From the NCBI GenBank assembly GCA_965603825.1, contig CBFDEM010000048.1:248001-312000 (forward strand): 64,000 nt of DNA. The letters are read 5' to 3'. Positions 35,230 to 47,221 of this stretch are shown one piece after another; position 1 is the stretch's first letter, and each line of letters opens with the position of its first letter. Both the position numbers and the translations under genes were made by a program. Under the pieces are notes generated by a model, which saw nothing but the letters and a program-made list of their open reading frames with translations, was not told the origin of the DNA and ran no database searches. This DNA is from Blepharisma stoltei ATCC 30299. Taxonomy: Eukaryota; Protista; Ciliophora.

Positions 35230-37458
35230 TTATTCTTGAAATTCTTCATCACTATCTAGTCTTTGTCTGGATGCGTTTCTCAAAACTGTCATGCTTACTC
35301 GTCTTTGTTTCAAATCTTCTTCTGAAACATCTTTACTTGGGAGAAATCCATAATTGGTTCGGTCCTTAAGCTTTTCGAAAGGGACTTCGAAAAATTCTAT
35401 AAACTCTTTTCCGAAAACAGATGTCTCAACCAGCTCGTTGAATTTGTATATATCAATAAATGATATCGGCTTATGCCTCCTTCCAAAAATGCTTGCTAAA
35501 AACTCATTCACAATCCTAAATACAGTTTACTTTAAGCATTCGTCATAGGCTGGAGATCTGATTGGCAGACTCTGAAACATCTTATAAATCTCATCTGCTG
35601 TGATTTTTTCATCAGCCCTTACATCATATAAATCAAATGAAAGTTTTTGGCTTCTAGAATTGCTCTTTACTTCTGTTAAGGAATTGGCAATTTTCATGAA
35701 TCTTGACTTTGTGACATCATGGCGTCCAGGTCCTGAAAGAAAATCATAAAACCGCTCTGAAATATAGTCACACTTGACTCCGAATAAATCTGGCTAATTA
35801 TTCATTACAAACTTCTCAATCATGGATTTTTTGGAAATCACTTTTATGTTCTTATAGTCTGGGCTCTTCAGATAATTAAACTTTGCCATTAAATCGTAAA
35901 CAGTTTCTGTAGTAAATAATGACATGGCGTCTTCAAGCTCTTTAAGATAAATGTATCTGCTCTCGTCTCTAAGGACGTTTTCTAGTACTTCACTATTCTG
36001 GTTCATTTCGACAACAATGATTTCTGAGTTCTTTTTGGAAAGAGGCTGTAGGTTGAACTGGAGGCCTAAGGCTTTTAAATAATTGTAATTGCAAGTGTAG
36101 TCCAAAAAATGAAGCAAAAGTTGGGGCCGCCCTCCAAAATTGATTCTTAAAAAATCCTCAAAGCATATTGCTTCCTCTTTTTCTGGATGAACATAGCTTT
36201 TTTGTTTTAGCTTTGCTTTAGCTTCCTCTTCTTCCATAAGTAATTCATTGCTAAGATTAAAAGTGCTGGGCTTTTTTCTTTTAAATCTTTTCTCAGTTGT
36301 GACAAGAAGGCCTTGTGATTTTAAAATAAACAGTTCTTGTATTTTAATAAGATCTTCATCAAAAAAATTTTCAGTCCTCAGTGAAATTGCTTTATAAGTG
36401 TCTTGGTAGCATATAAATTTGTCTTTGTTAAAATCCAATATATCAAAACAAAAATAAAGTTGCCTTTCTTCACCCATCATAATAAATCTTTCCATTTCCC
36501 CAACATAGTCTTCAAAAGTTCCAAGTTTGAAATCAAAATATTTACCCATTGTATCCACCATTTCTTTAGGATATTTTTTCTCTAGAAATTGCTTAAACAG
36601 TTGATTACTCACTCTACAATGACGAAAAAGCCCATCCAGATTACCTGAAATAGTTTGGAAAATTTTTCTTAAATTTTGATTTTCAGGGTCCAAAACATGC
36701 TCTTTGAAACCTGCAATTCTCCTCAGTCTGCTTCCAGGTCGGCTTTGAACTCGACTTAGTGATGAATTTGCTCTGCTTCTTTTGGTTTCTGCAGTCATTG
36801 GACTTAGGTCTTTATAATCACCTCCACGAACGATCCTTAAATTTGCATTCCTAAAATATTGCTCAAGGACTCCTCCTCTTCTTGTAGTCGTAATAGGAAT
36901 TGTATACTCTTTTTCACTTCCTGAATGGCTTGACAATTGATGACTCATAATTTTATCAGCTGGTGTTACATTTAAAGGAGCTGTCAAATTACCATCTGGT
37001 GTTTTGGGTAGTGGGTCTAGTTGAATTCTGTTTGTAGGATAAATATAGTTATAGTAATATGATGAAGATAAGTTTTTTTTTGGAAAAAGAATGCCGCGAT
37101 CAAATGCCTGTTTAACTAATTGATCATAAATATCGGGATATGATTTCAAAGAATTGATAAATTTGTACAAGTAATGCCCTTTTTCTTCAGGAGGAATCTC
37201 TTTAAGTCTTTTTAAGCGCTTTTGCTCGTATTTAAATGAAGAACCTTGATTTTTTCTCTGATTTTGAGGCGTGAAATACCTTTCTTTTGTTCTGAGGAAA
37301 CTAAAATCATCTTCAGCATCTTGAGCAGCTTCAGCTATTTCAGTTAGTTGCTTTAAAACTGCTGCGCTTTCGGGATCAATCACTTTACGCTTTTTTGAGT
37401 CAATAGGGGAAGTTAGTAAAATGCTTTTTCGGGATTTCAAACTGTCCATATCTATCAT
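35230..37458 (-). CDS. EF-hand-containing protein, 2 introns, about 732 aa
   Basis: ORF 35794..37458, an open middle exon and ORF 35230..35511 are joined by introns 35794-35808 and 35516-35530. EF-like FDILDFNKDKFICYQD and FDLYDVRADEKITADE. Confidence 0.8.
35516..35530 (-). other. 15-nt intron GTAAACTGTATTTAG
   Basis: Removes an in-frame TAA; A at -6. Confidence 0.8.
35794..35808 (-). other. 15-nt intron GTAATGAATAATTAG
   Basis: Removes an in-frame TAG; the downstream frame stays open into an EF-hand. Confidence 0.8.
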
Positions 37459-37733
37459 TTTTGAATTAGAAATATTTATAAGGATCTATTTTACTTTGAA
37501 TTGTTTCGCCTTTAAGAAATTATTTGTCATTTTTATGGAGAATAATATTTTTCTTTGGAAAGCTGTTGCTTTATGTAAATAAACTGCATTTTTTTATAAA
37601 TAAAATGAGAAAGACTTATATTCTTGCAGAATGTAACTTCAACGTATCTAAATTATAACAGAACTATCATATTAATTCGAAAGATGTTTTTGAAATAATT
37701 ACAACTCTGCACTTAATAAATTATTAATTCAAA

Positions 37734-38969
37734 ATGGATCGTGAATTTTGGTTTTTTGGAGCTGAGACTCCTCCTATTAAAGAATTAAAAGTCCCTTTGA
37801 TAGATCCAAAGGTAGCACTAGAGGAGCCTTTAGGAAACTACAATTTCGATCAATCTCCTAAATTTTCAGCAAATCAAGGTCTTGCAAAATATTGCCCAGT
37901 CTGTACCGAGGAATCTTCAGAAATGGTTTGTTTTCCTTCCTGCTTCCATTCCTTCTGCAGAAATTGCCTAAATTCTTATTTAGAGTACAGAGTCTCCGAA
38001 GGTAATGTAAAATCTGTGCCTTGTCTTCAAGATGGCTGTCCATATGAAGTTCCTGAAGAAATCATATATTCGACACTCGCTTCGTCAATTGCAGAAAAAT
38101 ACAAAAAATTCAAACGAAAGGCTATACTGGAATCAAACCCATACTTGCGATGGTGCCCAGTTCCTGATTGTGAAGGCTGGGATACAGGAAGCACCAAGAA
38201 ACGAAAGCTAAAGTGCAATGTCTGTGGCTCGTATTATTGCTTCTATTGCAATGAAAAATGGCATGGAAGGAAAAAATGCAAAAATAATTATGATTATAAA
38301 TTTGAAAAGTGGGCTGAAGGAAATAACGTAAAGTTTTGCCCTAGGTGCAGGCTTAGAGTTGAAAAAAATGGAGGATGCCCTCATATGAGCTGTATTAAGT
38401 GTGGATACCACTGGTGTTGAAATTGTGGGATGGAGGTTGGAGACCCAAATCACAATGAATTCACATGCTTGGTAGGAAGGAATTATTTCGAGCTTTATTG
38501 ATATATCATTTTCTGCATGATTTTTGCACCAGTGCTTATGCCGTTTGGGGTGTTTGTATTTTTATTTATTTCAGCAGAAATATATGGAGAGAATTTTACA
38601 GATGTGCCAGCTTTTAACTGGCTATTTCGTAAAAAGTGAATAATTTATACTCTGGCGTTTCTAGTTTCACCTATTGTGGAGCTATTTGGATTAGCTATTG
38701 GTGGGCTTGCTGTAGGATATGTGATATCATATGATGTGTGTTTTAATAGGGACTGCTCTTATTTCAAGTGCCTTTTTTCTTTTATTTTCGGAACTGTAGT
38801 AGGATCACTTATTATTGCTTTATTGGCAATTGGAGTGCTGATCATCATATCATTAATACCAGTAGCAGGCGCATTTTTTCTTGTGGCCAAAGTATTTTTT
38901 ATTATTAAGAGAAACTATAAGCAAGATGTAGATACGCGACAATATCCCCGAGCACTTGTTATGGTTTAA
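37734..38969 (+). CDS. RBR (RING-IBR-RING) E3 ligase with C-terminal TM segments (RNF19/RNF144-like), 411 aa
   Basis: RING1 CPVC..CFHSFCRNC, IBR WCPVPDC, RING2 CPRCRLRVEKNGGCPHMSC..CGYHWC[W]NC. TGA at 38418, 38499 and 38637; hydrophobic C-terminus. Confidence 0.9.
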
Positions 38970-39300
38970 GACCGAAAATAAATAATTTACTTTATTTTGC
39001 AAGCAGGTATGAACTGTTACTAAATAATAATTTCTAGCTATAAATACATTTTCTAATATTTATGAAATAGAATACATATAAATTATCATTTTGAATGAGT
39101 ATTGCTTTATGCATGAAGTATTGTCCTGATCAATTTTTCAATTACTGTTGATAGGAGGTTGCGGATGATTTTGTTCTGACGACTCATTGGTCCCATGAGC
39201 AGCTATAACTTTACCTTGAAGACTTCTATATTTTTTATTAAAAAATTATTTTTGATAATTTATTTAAAAGTGAAAACAATAATATTTGAAAAGTTTTGTC

Positions 39301-40050
39301 TTAAATTATAATATCAGTATTAACACCACGACTTTCCCATGGCGAAAGTTGCTCTCTTTCAGAAAAATCGATAAGCTTTGACCTAATTCGTATTCTTGAT
39401 TGCGATTTTAATGAACATTTTTTCTTCATTTGCTTGGGAGTTAACGTCTGATTGTCATTTATTTTTATATCAGGAAATTCTCTACTGTGGATATCAGTCA
39501 TGCATTCACTATCTTTTGCTCTATTATGCCTTATATATGGCTCGAATTCATAATCATCGCATTTTTTATTAGCAAATTGAGATTTGCCAAATAAATTTCC
39601 AATTGGACTTGATGATCCAACACACCCAAAATAATTTGAATTGCTTTTCAGTAAAATTGAAGGAAGTTTCTCTATCTTTTTGCTTAATCTATAAAATTTT
39701 GCATTAGAAAAAGCTTTCTTTTTCTTTTTAATTTTTGAATCAAATGAAATATCTTTAGAGGGATTCAATAGACTTATGGAATCTGAAGTTTTTTCAAGTT
39801 GAGAAATTAAATTTGGATTAGATAAAGAATTTCTTGAAATGCATATCCCAGGCTTTCTGAATTCGCTTGCTCTCTCCAAACGATTTCTTCTGACAATTTC
39901 AAAAGTTGTTGGCCAGCCATGATTCTGATTTGACGATTTAGGAGAACCTCCTAATCTGTCATGGAAAAGTTTTTGCTGAGCAAATGTATTATTACCTTCA
40001 GATCTTCTGTGTCTAACAAATCGATTACTGCCATATAGTCCTTGCATCAT
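39301..40050 (-). CDS. Hypothetical basic protein, 249 aa
   Basis: Uninterrupted ATG..TAA ORF, Ser/Lys-rich, no recognisable domain. Confidence 0.65.
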   Translation of the reverse strand: MMQGLYGSNRFVRHRRSEGNNTFAQQKLFHDRLGGSPKSSNQNHGWPTTFEIVRRNRLERASEFRKPGICISRNSLSNPNLISQLEKTSDSISLLNPSKDISFDSKIKKKKKAFSNAKFYRLSKKIEKLPSILLKSNSNYFGCVGSSSPIGNLFGKSQFANKKCDDYEFEPYIRHNRAKDSECMTDIHSREFPDIKINDNQTLTPKQMKKKCSLKSQSRIRIRSKLIDFSEREQLSPWESRGVNTDIII

Positions 40051-40234
40051 TGTTAATTAAATGCATGATTTGATCCAAATTTTTATAATTGCTTAGATTT
40101 GGCTTTATTATTAAAGTAAAAGCTCTTTATATAAGAATTAAACTTTAAATAATAGAAAAATTCGAAAAAAGGTTGGAATTAGGTGGAATATTATTTAATA
40201 AATTGCAGCAGGCATAAAAATTTGTATTAATTAC

Positions 40235-41158
40235 TTAGCTTATTTTAAAACTTTGCTTAGTCCCACACATACTACAGTAATTTGCACTTGCTAGCAGAAA
40301 AGAATTGCACTGCGCACAAAGTACATGCTTCACTGTATATCTTTTTTTAACAGAGTCCTTTATTTTTTCCTCCATATTTAGTTTGATCAAATTTGATTTT
40401 AAATTTTCTGGCTCTGGAGAGATTTTTCTCGACTTAGTAATATTAAAGATAGATATCCTATTTGTATTGCTTAAAGATCCTGATTCATTCTCCCCATTTC
40501 GATTATAAGCCAAATAAATGTTCGGTAACGTAATTTTATCTTTTAAAACTACTCTCAAAGGTTTTGGCTTATTGATGATATCTTTGCATTTGGGAATGTG
40601 TCTTTCTGCAGGCAAAGACGCAAATCTTCTTCCACAATATGGACATTGAATGTAGTCATCCTCTAAGCTTGTAGGAGAATAGTTTGCGCTGTCCCTACCA
40701 TTTTCTTCAAGGATTGTTCCAATTTCAGGCAATCTTATTTTATTAATAAAATCTTGATGCTGTTTATATCAGTGTTTATTTTGATAATGCCTGAGTGGCG
40801 ATCTTTTGTTTTTATAAGGCTTTTCATCTTTCCTCTCAATTTGTGGAAATATCTTGTCAAGAATTTGGAATTTAGGCCTATTTTTTTGCATTTGTAAGCA
40901 AGCTTGTTGGTGTTTTTCAATTCTATCTGGGAAGAATCTCCTGTTGCAGGACTGACACTTTACTCTTGAATCTTCGAAGAAAAAGTCATTAGTTGTAGCT
41001 CGTAGCTTAGTTGATCCTACATCAGAGACAGGGCTAAAATTTGAATTATCAAGTATTGCTATATTCTTATACTCATCTAAATTACTAGTTGAGTAGCTCG
41101 GTGTAGGAGCTAATGAGAGGCTTGACGTTAAGGGAGCAGCATACGGATTTAGATACAT
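40235..41158 (-). CDS. C2HC zinc-finger protein (ZC2HC1-like), 307 aa
   Basis: CQSCNRRF..RIEKHQQAC and CPYCGRRF..AERHIPKC fingers; linker KH[W=TGA 40769]YKQHQDFINKIR; C-terminal zinc ribbon CAQC..YCSMCG. Confidence 0.85.
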
Positions 41159-41416
41159 TATTTATTATAATATTTTGAGGTTAAGCCTGAATTTAATGGC
41201 TCAATTAGCAGTTTCACCAACCCAGAGCAATTTAAAGATGAGTTAAATTTTTAAAAATTTTCACAGGATAAACTTATTAATGGATACAGAGAATTCCATT
41301 TTTAATATAATGGGCATGTTAAAGCCCTTTTGCATTTCTAAATAAGAAAATTATAGATCTATGAAATAAAGAATTTTTATAAATTAACGACTTGAGTAAA
41401 TGGAAATTATTTAAGA

Positions 41417-43126
41417 TTAAAGAATCTGGGCTTTAGATGATTCAAATTCCTCACTTGCTATTTTAGTCTGTTTAGATTCCGGCTTTTCTTCTTTATTCTC
41501 ATCTTTAGTTTCCTCCTTTGCTTTTTTAACCTTTTTAGTTTGTTTAGAAGCCTTTTTAAGTTTTTTCTTATATTTCTCAATTTTTCTTGTCAATCCTGGG
41601 CTTAAAGAAATATTGCTTTCACTTTCTTCAGTAATTTTATTCTGTATTACCAATAGCATGGATAAAATGTTATCATCGTTATCTTCAATATTATTTTTCG
41701 TCAAAATATCAGTATTAATTGCAAGTGAAAACAAATTCTGCGAAAATTTTTGAAAACTACAATAGCTTCATAATATTCTTATAACAGATTGTGCTATTTC
41801 TTTCTTATTATCAAGCATCAGTTTACTGCTTCCAGCTCCAAAACCTTCTAATATTGATTCAACGTTCTCGATCGAAATTTCTAAAAATTTCTCCCAATTC
41901 TCCTTTAAGCCTGGAGTAAATGGGGTCGAATCAGAGAACCGTTTCGAATAATTCAGCAAAGCTAATGATGAAAGTACTGTGTCAAAATATTCCAAGCTGT
42001 TTTGGATAGGGTCATTTGATAAAAAACTAACCGCATAGTCAAGGAAAGCTAGCTCAAACGATTTATATTTAACTGTCAATTTTAGACAGTTCGCTACAAA
42101 ATAGGCTTTTTTCTTCATACTCATTTTGGAAAAAATAGAGCTTGTCCTAAAAATGTTATGATAATATATAGAAGCAGTAACTTGCTTATAAAGACTTTGA
42201 GCATAAGGATGTGTATGGTCAAAACATTCTACAATCTTTATTAATTTATTCGCATTTGAGTGCCTATATCCAGGATTAATCCTATCATTGTATAAATTCA
42301 AATATTTCGTAATTGCAGTGAACATAAAATCGAAAATCTCTCTTTTGGAAGGGCCTATTAAATTATTAAACCCTCCACAAACAGTAATCACCATATCTTC
42401 TTTATTCTCTAAATCACTAAAAATCTTATAGAGCCTTGATTTAAAAGCATCCATGCTCTTTGAATTAAATAAGTTTTCTTGCACATTTTCAATGGCATAT
42501 TCTTGATTTTGCTTCAAAAATATTGCTTTGGTAACTTCACTTAAAGCTTCTTCACTGAAGCAAGTGAAATCTGTAGTGTTGTTAAACCTTGAGAATAGGT
42601 GCTCATAGAGCACGTTAAATGACCTAGATTTTTTAGTTCTCAAGGTATTTACTAAAATAGCCAATTTCCCAATATCGAAATCATTAAGATTGGTAAAGCT
42701 CTTCTCAATAATTCTTTCTAAAATACCAGGACTGTTGAAAAGAGATTCAAAAGTCTCATTGTTTCTCGTAGAAAAAATACAAAAATTCGATATCATTTCT
42801 GGGAGTCATTCTGTGTTAGCATCCTCTGTTATTTTTTGAATGGAAAAGCTTAAAGTATTAAGTGCATTCATCTCATCAGTTGTTTCTGCATTAATTCTCA
42901 TTACATTAAATACCGAAGCTGCTCTTAATACTTGTTTTGGAGTCATATCCTTTCTATGCATTTGCAAGTATCAGTCCTATATATAGAATACTCTTAAGGC
43001 ACCCATAATGACTGAGTAGTCTGATGAATCTTTGAAGCTTCTATCATAATGTGTATTATAATAATCAGTCTTTGAGAAAAATTTCATCCATTCTTTGGCA
43101 AGAAGCCTTCTGCTCCATCTTATCAT
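41417..43126 (-). CDS. Probable mitochondrial helical-repeat protein, 1 intron, about 564 aa
   Basis: ATG 43126 (MIRWSRRLLAKEWMKFFS, presequence-like); intron 42977-42991; TGA at 42971, 42806 and 41768 join the ORFs. Function is inferred only. Confidence 0.65.
42977..42991 (-). other. 15-nt intron GTATTCTATATATAG
   Basis: Removes an in-frame TAG; A at -6. Confidence 0.7.
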
Positions 43127-43223
43127 TTTAATATGATATTAATCCATAGCAATAGCTAAAATGAAATTTATCGAAAAAAATTAATAAACACAAGCTAAAA
43201 TGCAAAATAAATCTTTGTTTACA

Positions 43224-43931
43224 CTATTTATATTTCTTTTTGCTGTTTAGCATTAAAATGTCTATTGTGGAGCATCCAAAAGTCATGCCGCTTTTCCTTA
43301 TCCTTTTGCTAAAGGTATCAAGCTCAGCAAGCATATGAGAGATTTCCTGCTCCTCCTCATAATCTTTTGCATTTATTTCTTTTGTCTCTTTAAGTTTTGG
43401 AAGATTCAAATTTTCAACAATAGAGTGCTTTGAAATGTCTGTTTCAGATGAATTGAGAGATCTGGGTTTACTTAAATTCTTGATACGTTTAGAGCAATTA
43501 AATGTATGAGAGATGCCATAGGGGGTCATAATATTACGATTATTCAAGCTTGACTCCCTTATTTTTAAAACTCCAGATTTTCTCTCAAGGCTTTCTATAT
43601 ACTTATGACGAAGGGCTAGGGCTTCTCTTTGGTGTCTGTAAAATGCATCCTCGTTAGTTTTATATACAGATAAACTTCCAATTTCGTTTTTAGGATTTAC
43701 AAATGATGATTTTTCTGAAAAGTCAGACTCCTTTGTGTAGCTATAATTCTTGCGATGATACCTAGCTTGAGGCTTTCATTGTAAAAATAGAGGATTGTGA
43801 ACGTCTTCTAGTTCATGGTGATTTGCTTCAGCGGTGCTATTTCGCAGAGCATAAGATTTTTTAGCTAATAATTTCTTGGAGAGATTAGAAGTGGCTTCAT
43901 TTTGGAATGCAGCTTTTCCTTGTACTTTCAT
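43224..43931 (-). CDS. Hypothetical protein, 235 aa
   Basis: ATG 43931; one TGA at 43776-43778; in frame with ORF 43224..43547. Confidence 0.65.
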
Positions 43932-44174
43932 TTATCATTAAAGTGTTGGAATTTAAATTGAAGATTTATAGCAATATAAATTTAAATTTTCAAATAAATT
44001 TAATAAATGAAATTTGTTTGGAGTTTAGCTGCTTTTAATACTACAAGCTGCTTTGATTTGCTAACTTAATGAGCAATAATTTTTTTGAATTAGACTAATT
44101 GTAGCTATAATTTTTTCTTAGAGAAATAGCAAGTTTGCGATTATTCGATTAGTTAATTATTAAACTGATAAATA

Positions 44175-45401
44175 TTACTTTTTGACTTTTCTCAATGTAA
44201 GAGCTGCTTTGCTTTTATGCAAAGTCGTTAATGAACCATTCGAGTTAGATCTGATTAATCTCGGAGTAGAAGAAACATATTTTGAAGTAGGAGTAGTCAG
44301 CAAAGTTTTCGTCTTCAGTGTGCTTTTTCAAAATGATGGACGAGTCGTCGTCTCAACGTTAAGTGATTTCATTTTTTTGGGCTGGGAAAATTCTTCTTCA
44401 TCTTCATCAACTTCATCTACAGGCTCTATCGGCAAATGATACAAAACATGCTTATATTTGTCTGTTAGTCCATTTGATTCATCATTAAGTATATTTGACA
44501 AAATCAAGCATTGCATAACTATTGTCTTCATTTTTAACTTATCATGATAATTTCTTGCATCTTCTAAATGAGATTTAGGAATCGTTGAATTTTTTCTTGT
44601 AATTCAAGGATGATTTAAGGCTAGCTCAGCTGTGTACCGTTCTAGCGGGTTTAATGCTGTTAATCGTAAAAATAAATTTTTAGCTAAAGGAGGAAAATCG
44701 TCTGAAAACTGCCATTCGATATTTTTTAGCTTCCAAGTGTAAGAGCAGACATCGTCGTCTGGCTCAAAAAGTGGATGATGCCCTTCTATTAGCATATATA
44801 AAATCATTCCACAACTCCATATATCAACTTGCTCGTTATAGCAATTAGATAAAACCTGCTCTGGGGCCATATATATCATTGTCCCTGTTTTTGAATCCAA
44901 AAGAGTATCGTAACTAAAGTTTGAGCTCAGGCCGAAATCAGTGATTTTTAAAGATGAAATTGAATTTACTTCAGCGAATAAAATGTTTTCAGGCTTCAAA
45001 TCTCTATGAACTATTTGCCGCTCATGAAAATAAGCAACTCCTTCTAGAATCCCTTTCATAATTTCTGCTGATTCCTGTTCAGTTAGTTTTCGAGTTTTAA
45101 TTAAATTCATAAGGGTTCCTCCTCTTAAGAGTTGCATTTCAAGGAAAAATGCGCTTTCACTGTATTTAATTCCTTCAAATTTTACAATTTTAGGGTGATC
45201 GAGGCTTTGCAGAATTTCAACTTCTTGCATAGCTAATGATATTTCTTTTTCGGTCATTTGGTTTTTAGAAAGCACTTTTACAGCGACTTCTTTTTTTGTT
45301 TTTTTAGAATAGCAGTGATATACAGAGGCATAAGCACCTTCTCCAAGCACATCTATAACGTTGAAGTAGTCAGAAATATCTCGAGCTATGTTTTCGTCCA
45401 T
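44175..45401 (-). CDS. CAMK-group Ser/Thr protein kinase, 408 aa
   Basis: GEGAYASV, VAVK, HRDLKPEN, DFG, APE, DIWSCG; the canonical LNHP[W] is supplied by TGA 44604. Second TGA at 44328; TAA at 44175. Confidence 0.92.
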
Positions 45402-45655
45402 TTAAGTTTTTAGTAATTTATTGAAGAAATAGAATTAATCACAAATTTTTCAAGGTTTTAGGATTGTTGAGAAATTGTCTAAAACAGGAGATTATTTGAT
45501 AAATATGTCACTAAAAATGGAATAATAAGGTTTTGTAATTTTCAAAATGGTAAAATAATTTTATTTTAGATATTTTTAGCTAATTCCTACACTTTCAGAA
45601 GTAGAAATGAACATTTTAAAGATCATTGTTATTGGAATTGCCGTTAAATTAGAGT

Positions 45656-46532
45656 CTACTGAGAGCTTTCTTTATCATTTTCTTTATTCAATTCTATTTC
45701 CATGGCATTTTCAGATGATGTTGACTCACCTTTGGGCTCCTTTTCAGCTTCATTGCTCATTTTATCATGTGCAACAGTCACATCTTTTTCAGCAGCTGAC
45801 ACGTCTTCACTGCTTTGCCTTACCCCTTTTGGGTCACTCTCTTCAGGAGTTTCTTCATTTTTATTTTCCTCTTTGGATTCTTCTTTGGATTCTTCATTGG
45901 ATTCTTCTTTAGGTTCTTCTTTTTCTTCCTCAGCTAATCCATCATATAGTGCCACGACTTCTTTTTCCATCAAAGTCACAGTTGGAGTATCATAATTCGT
46001 CAGTCTTATCTCTTTTATAGTAGTCTCTGGATGACTTTCTATAAAGTTTTTGGTGCATCTTGCCATAATTTTTGCACATAGAGGTTTTGGAAAGCCAAAA
46101 ATGCCACTGGATATAGCTGGTATTGAAATAGATTGTAGTCCCAGCTCATGAGCTTTTTCCAAGCTGCTCATCACTGCTTCTTCTAATAATTCTGATTCGT
46201 GAGACCTTCCGTTATGATAAATTGGTCCTACTGCGTGTATTATATATTTGCAATGGAGCCTTCCAGGACCTGTGACAGCAACCTGTCCAGTTGGAACAGC
46301 GCCATGTTCTCTAACCCATTGGGTACTTTCTTTTTGCACCATCGGACCACCTCGGTCTGAAATAGCGCCTGCAACCCCTCCTCCATGCATCAAATGGTTA
46401 TTTGCAGCATTGACTTAATAGAAAATTACCAATTGCGTCAGATTTTTCAGCTGTGATATCATCCTGGATGACTCTTATTGTAATATTCCGAAATATCCTT
46501 ACAACTTCACTCGCAGAATGACTCCTCCACAT
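45656..46532 (-). CDS. Macrodomain protein (MacroD-type ADP-ribose binding/hydrolase) with acidic tail, one 16-nt intron, 286 aa
   Basis: Splicing 46414-46429 restores [29 protein letters not shown]; also IIHAVGP and PAISSGIFGFP. Confidence 0.9.
46414..46429 (-). other. 16-nt intron GTAATTTTCTATTAAG
   Basis: Removal fixes the frame and rebuilds the conserved AIVNAAN motif; A at -6; AAG acceptor. Confidence 0.9.
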
Positions 46533-46539
46533 TATAAAT

Positions 46540-46830
46540 ATGGAACGAATTTATGTCAATCCCCACATAAAGAGAATCACTCCTACAACCAAAAAGATTA
46601 TGTCTGATATTAATGCCCATAGACAAACCAAAGGTTCTATCTCCCATAGGGAATCCATTGTAGATGCATTAAAAAAATTGCCTGAAGATGAAAGAAATGA
46701 ATATAAAATGTTAAAAACTTTTATGGTTAAACCAAAAAGACAAATGTCAAAAGATACCTTGGAAGTGCCGACTGGGAATAGTTTGCTTGATGGAATTGCA
46801 GGAGAAAGGAGGAAAAGCTGGAATGGTTAG
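46540..46830 (+). CDS. Hypothetical small protein, 96 aa
   Basis: ATG in TAAATATG context, coding-like composition, TAG stop, followed by AT-rich intergenic DNA. Confidence 0.55.
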   Translation: MERIYVNPHIKRITPTTKKIMSDINAHRQTKGSISHRESIVDALKKLPEDERNEYKMLKTFMVKPKRQMSKDTLEVPTGNSLLDGIAGERRKSWNG

Positions 46831-47221
46831 GATACTCAAAGCCTTTCTTAGGTTGTAAATAGAAAATATTGAATAAAAGTGTTAATTAAAGGGATTGTTA
46901 ATTAGTAGCGTAATTGTTGAATTGAGCAAGAGTAGTGAAATTAAGATATCAGAAATATTCTATTAATTTAATTTTTTTCGAAATTTAATGTTTTTATCAA
47001 AAATTACAAATTCTATAAAGATTTTACTGATACAATCATAATAGTGAATTATATAAAGCTCAAGTTGCTATTTGAAATGCTATTTTTACATCAACTATTG
47101 CACAAATTAATTTATTTGCCAATATTTAATTTTAGATTTAAATTATTTCTTCAATTATATTTAATTTGCAGTCTATTTTAAGTAATAAGCCTAAATAATT
47201 ATTTTAAATCATGATATTAAA

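Noticed and set aside
44165-44178. Possible intron GTAATATTTATCAG over the kinase stop codon
   Set aside because: It is only 14 nt, has no A at -6, and is followed by AT-rich non-coding DNA.
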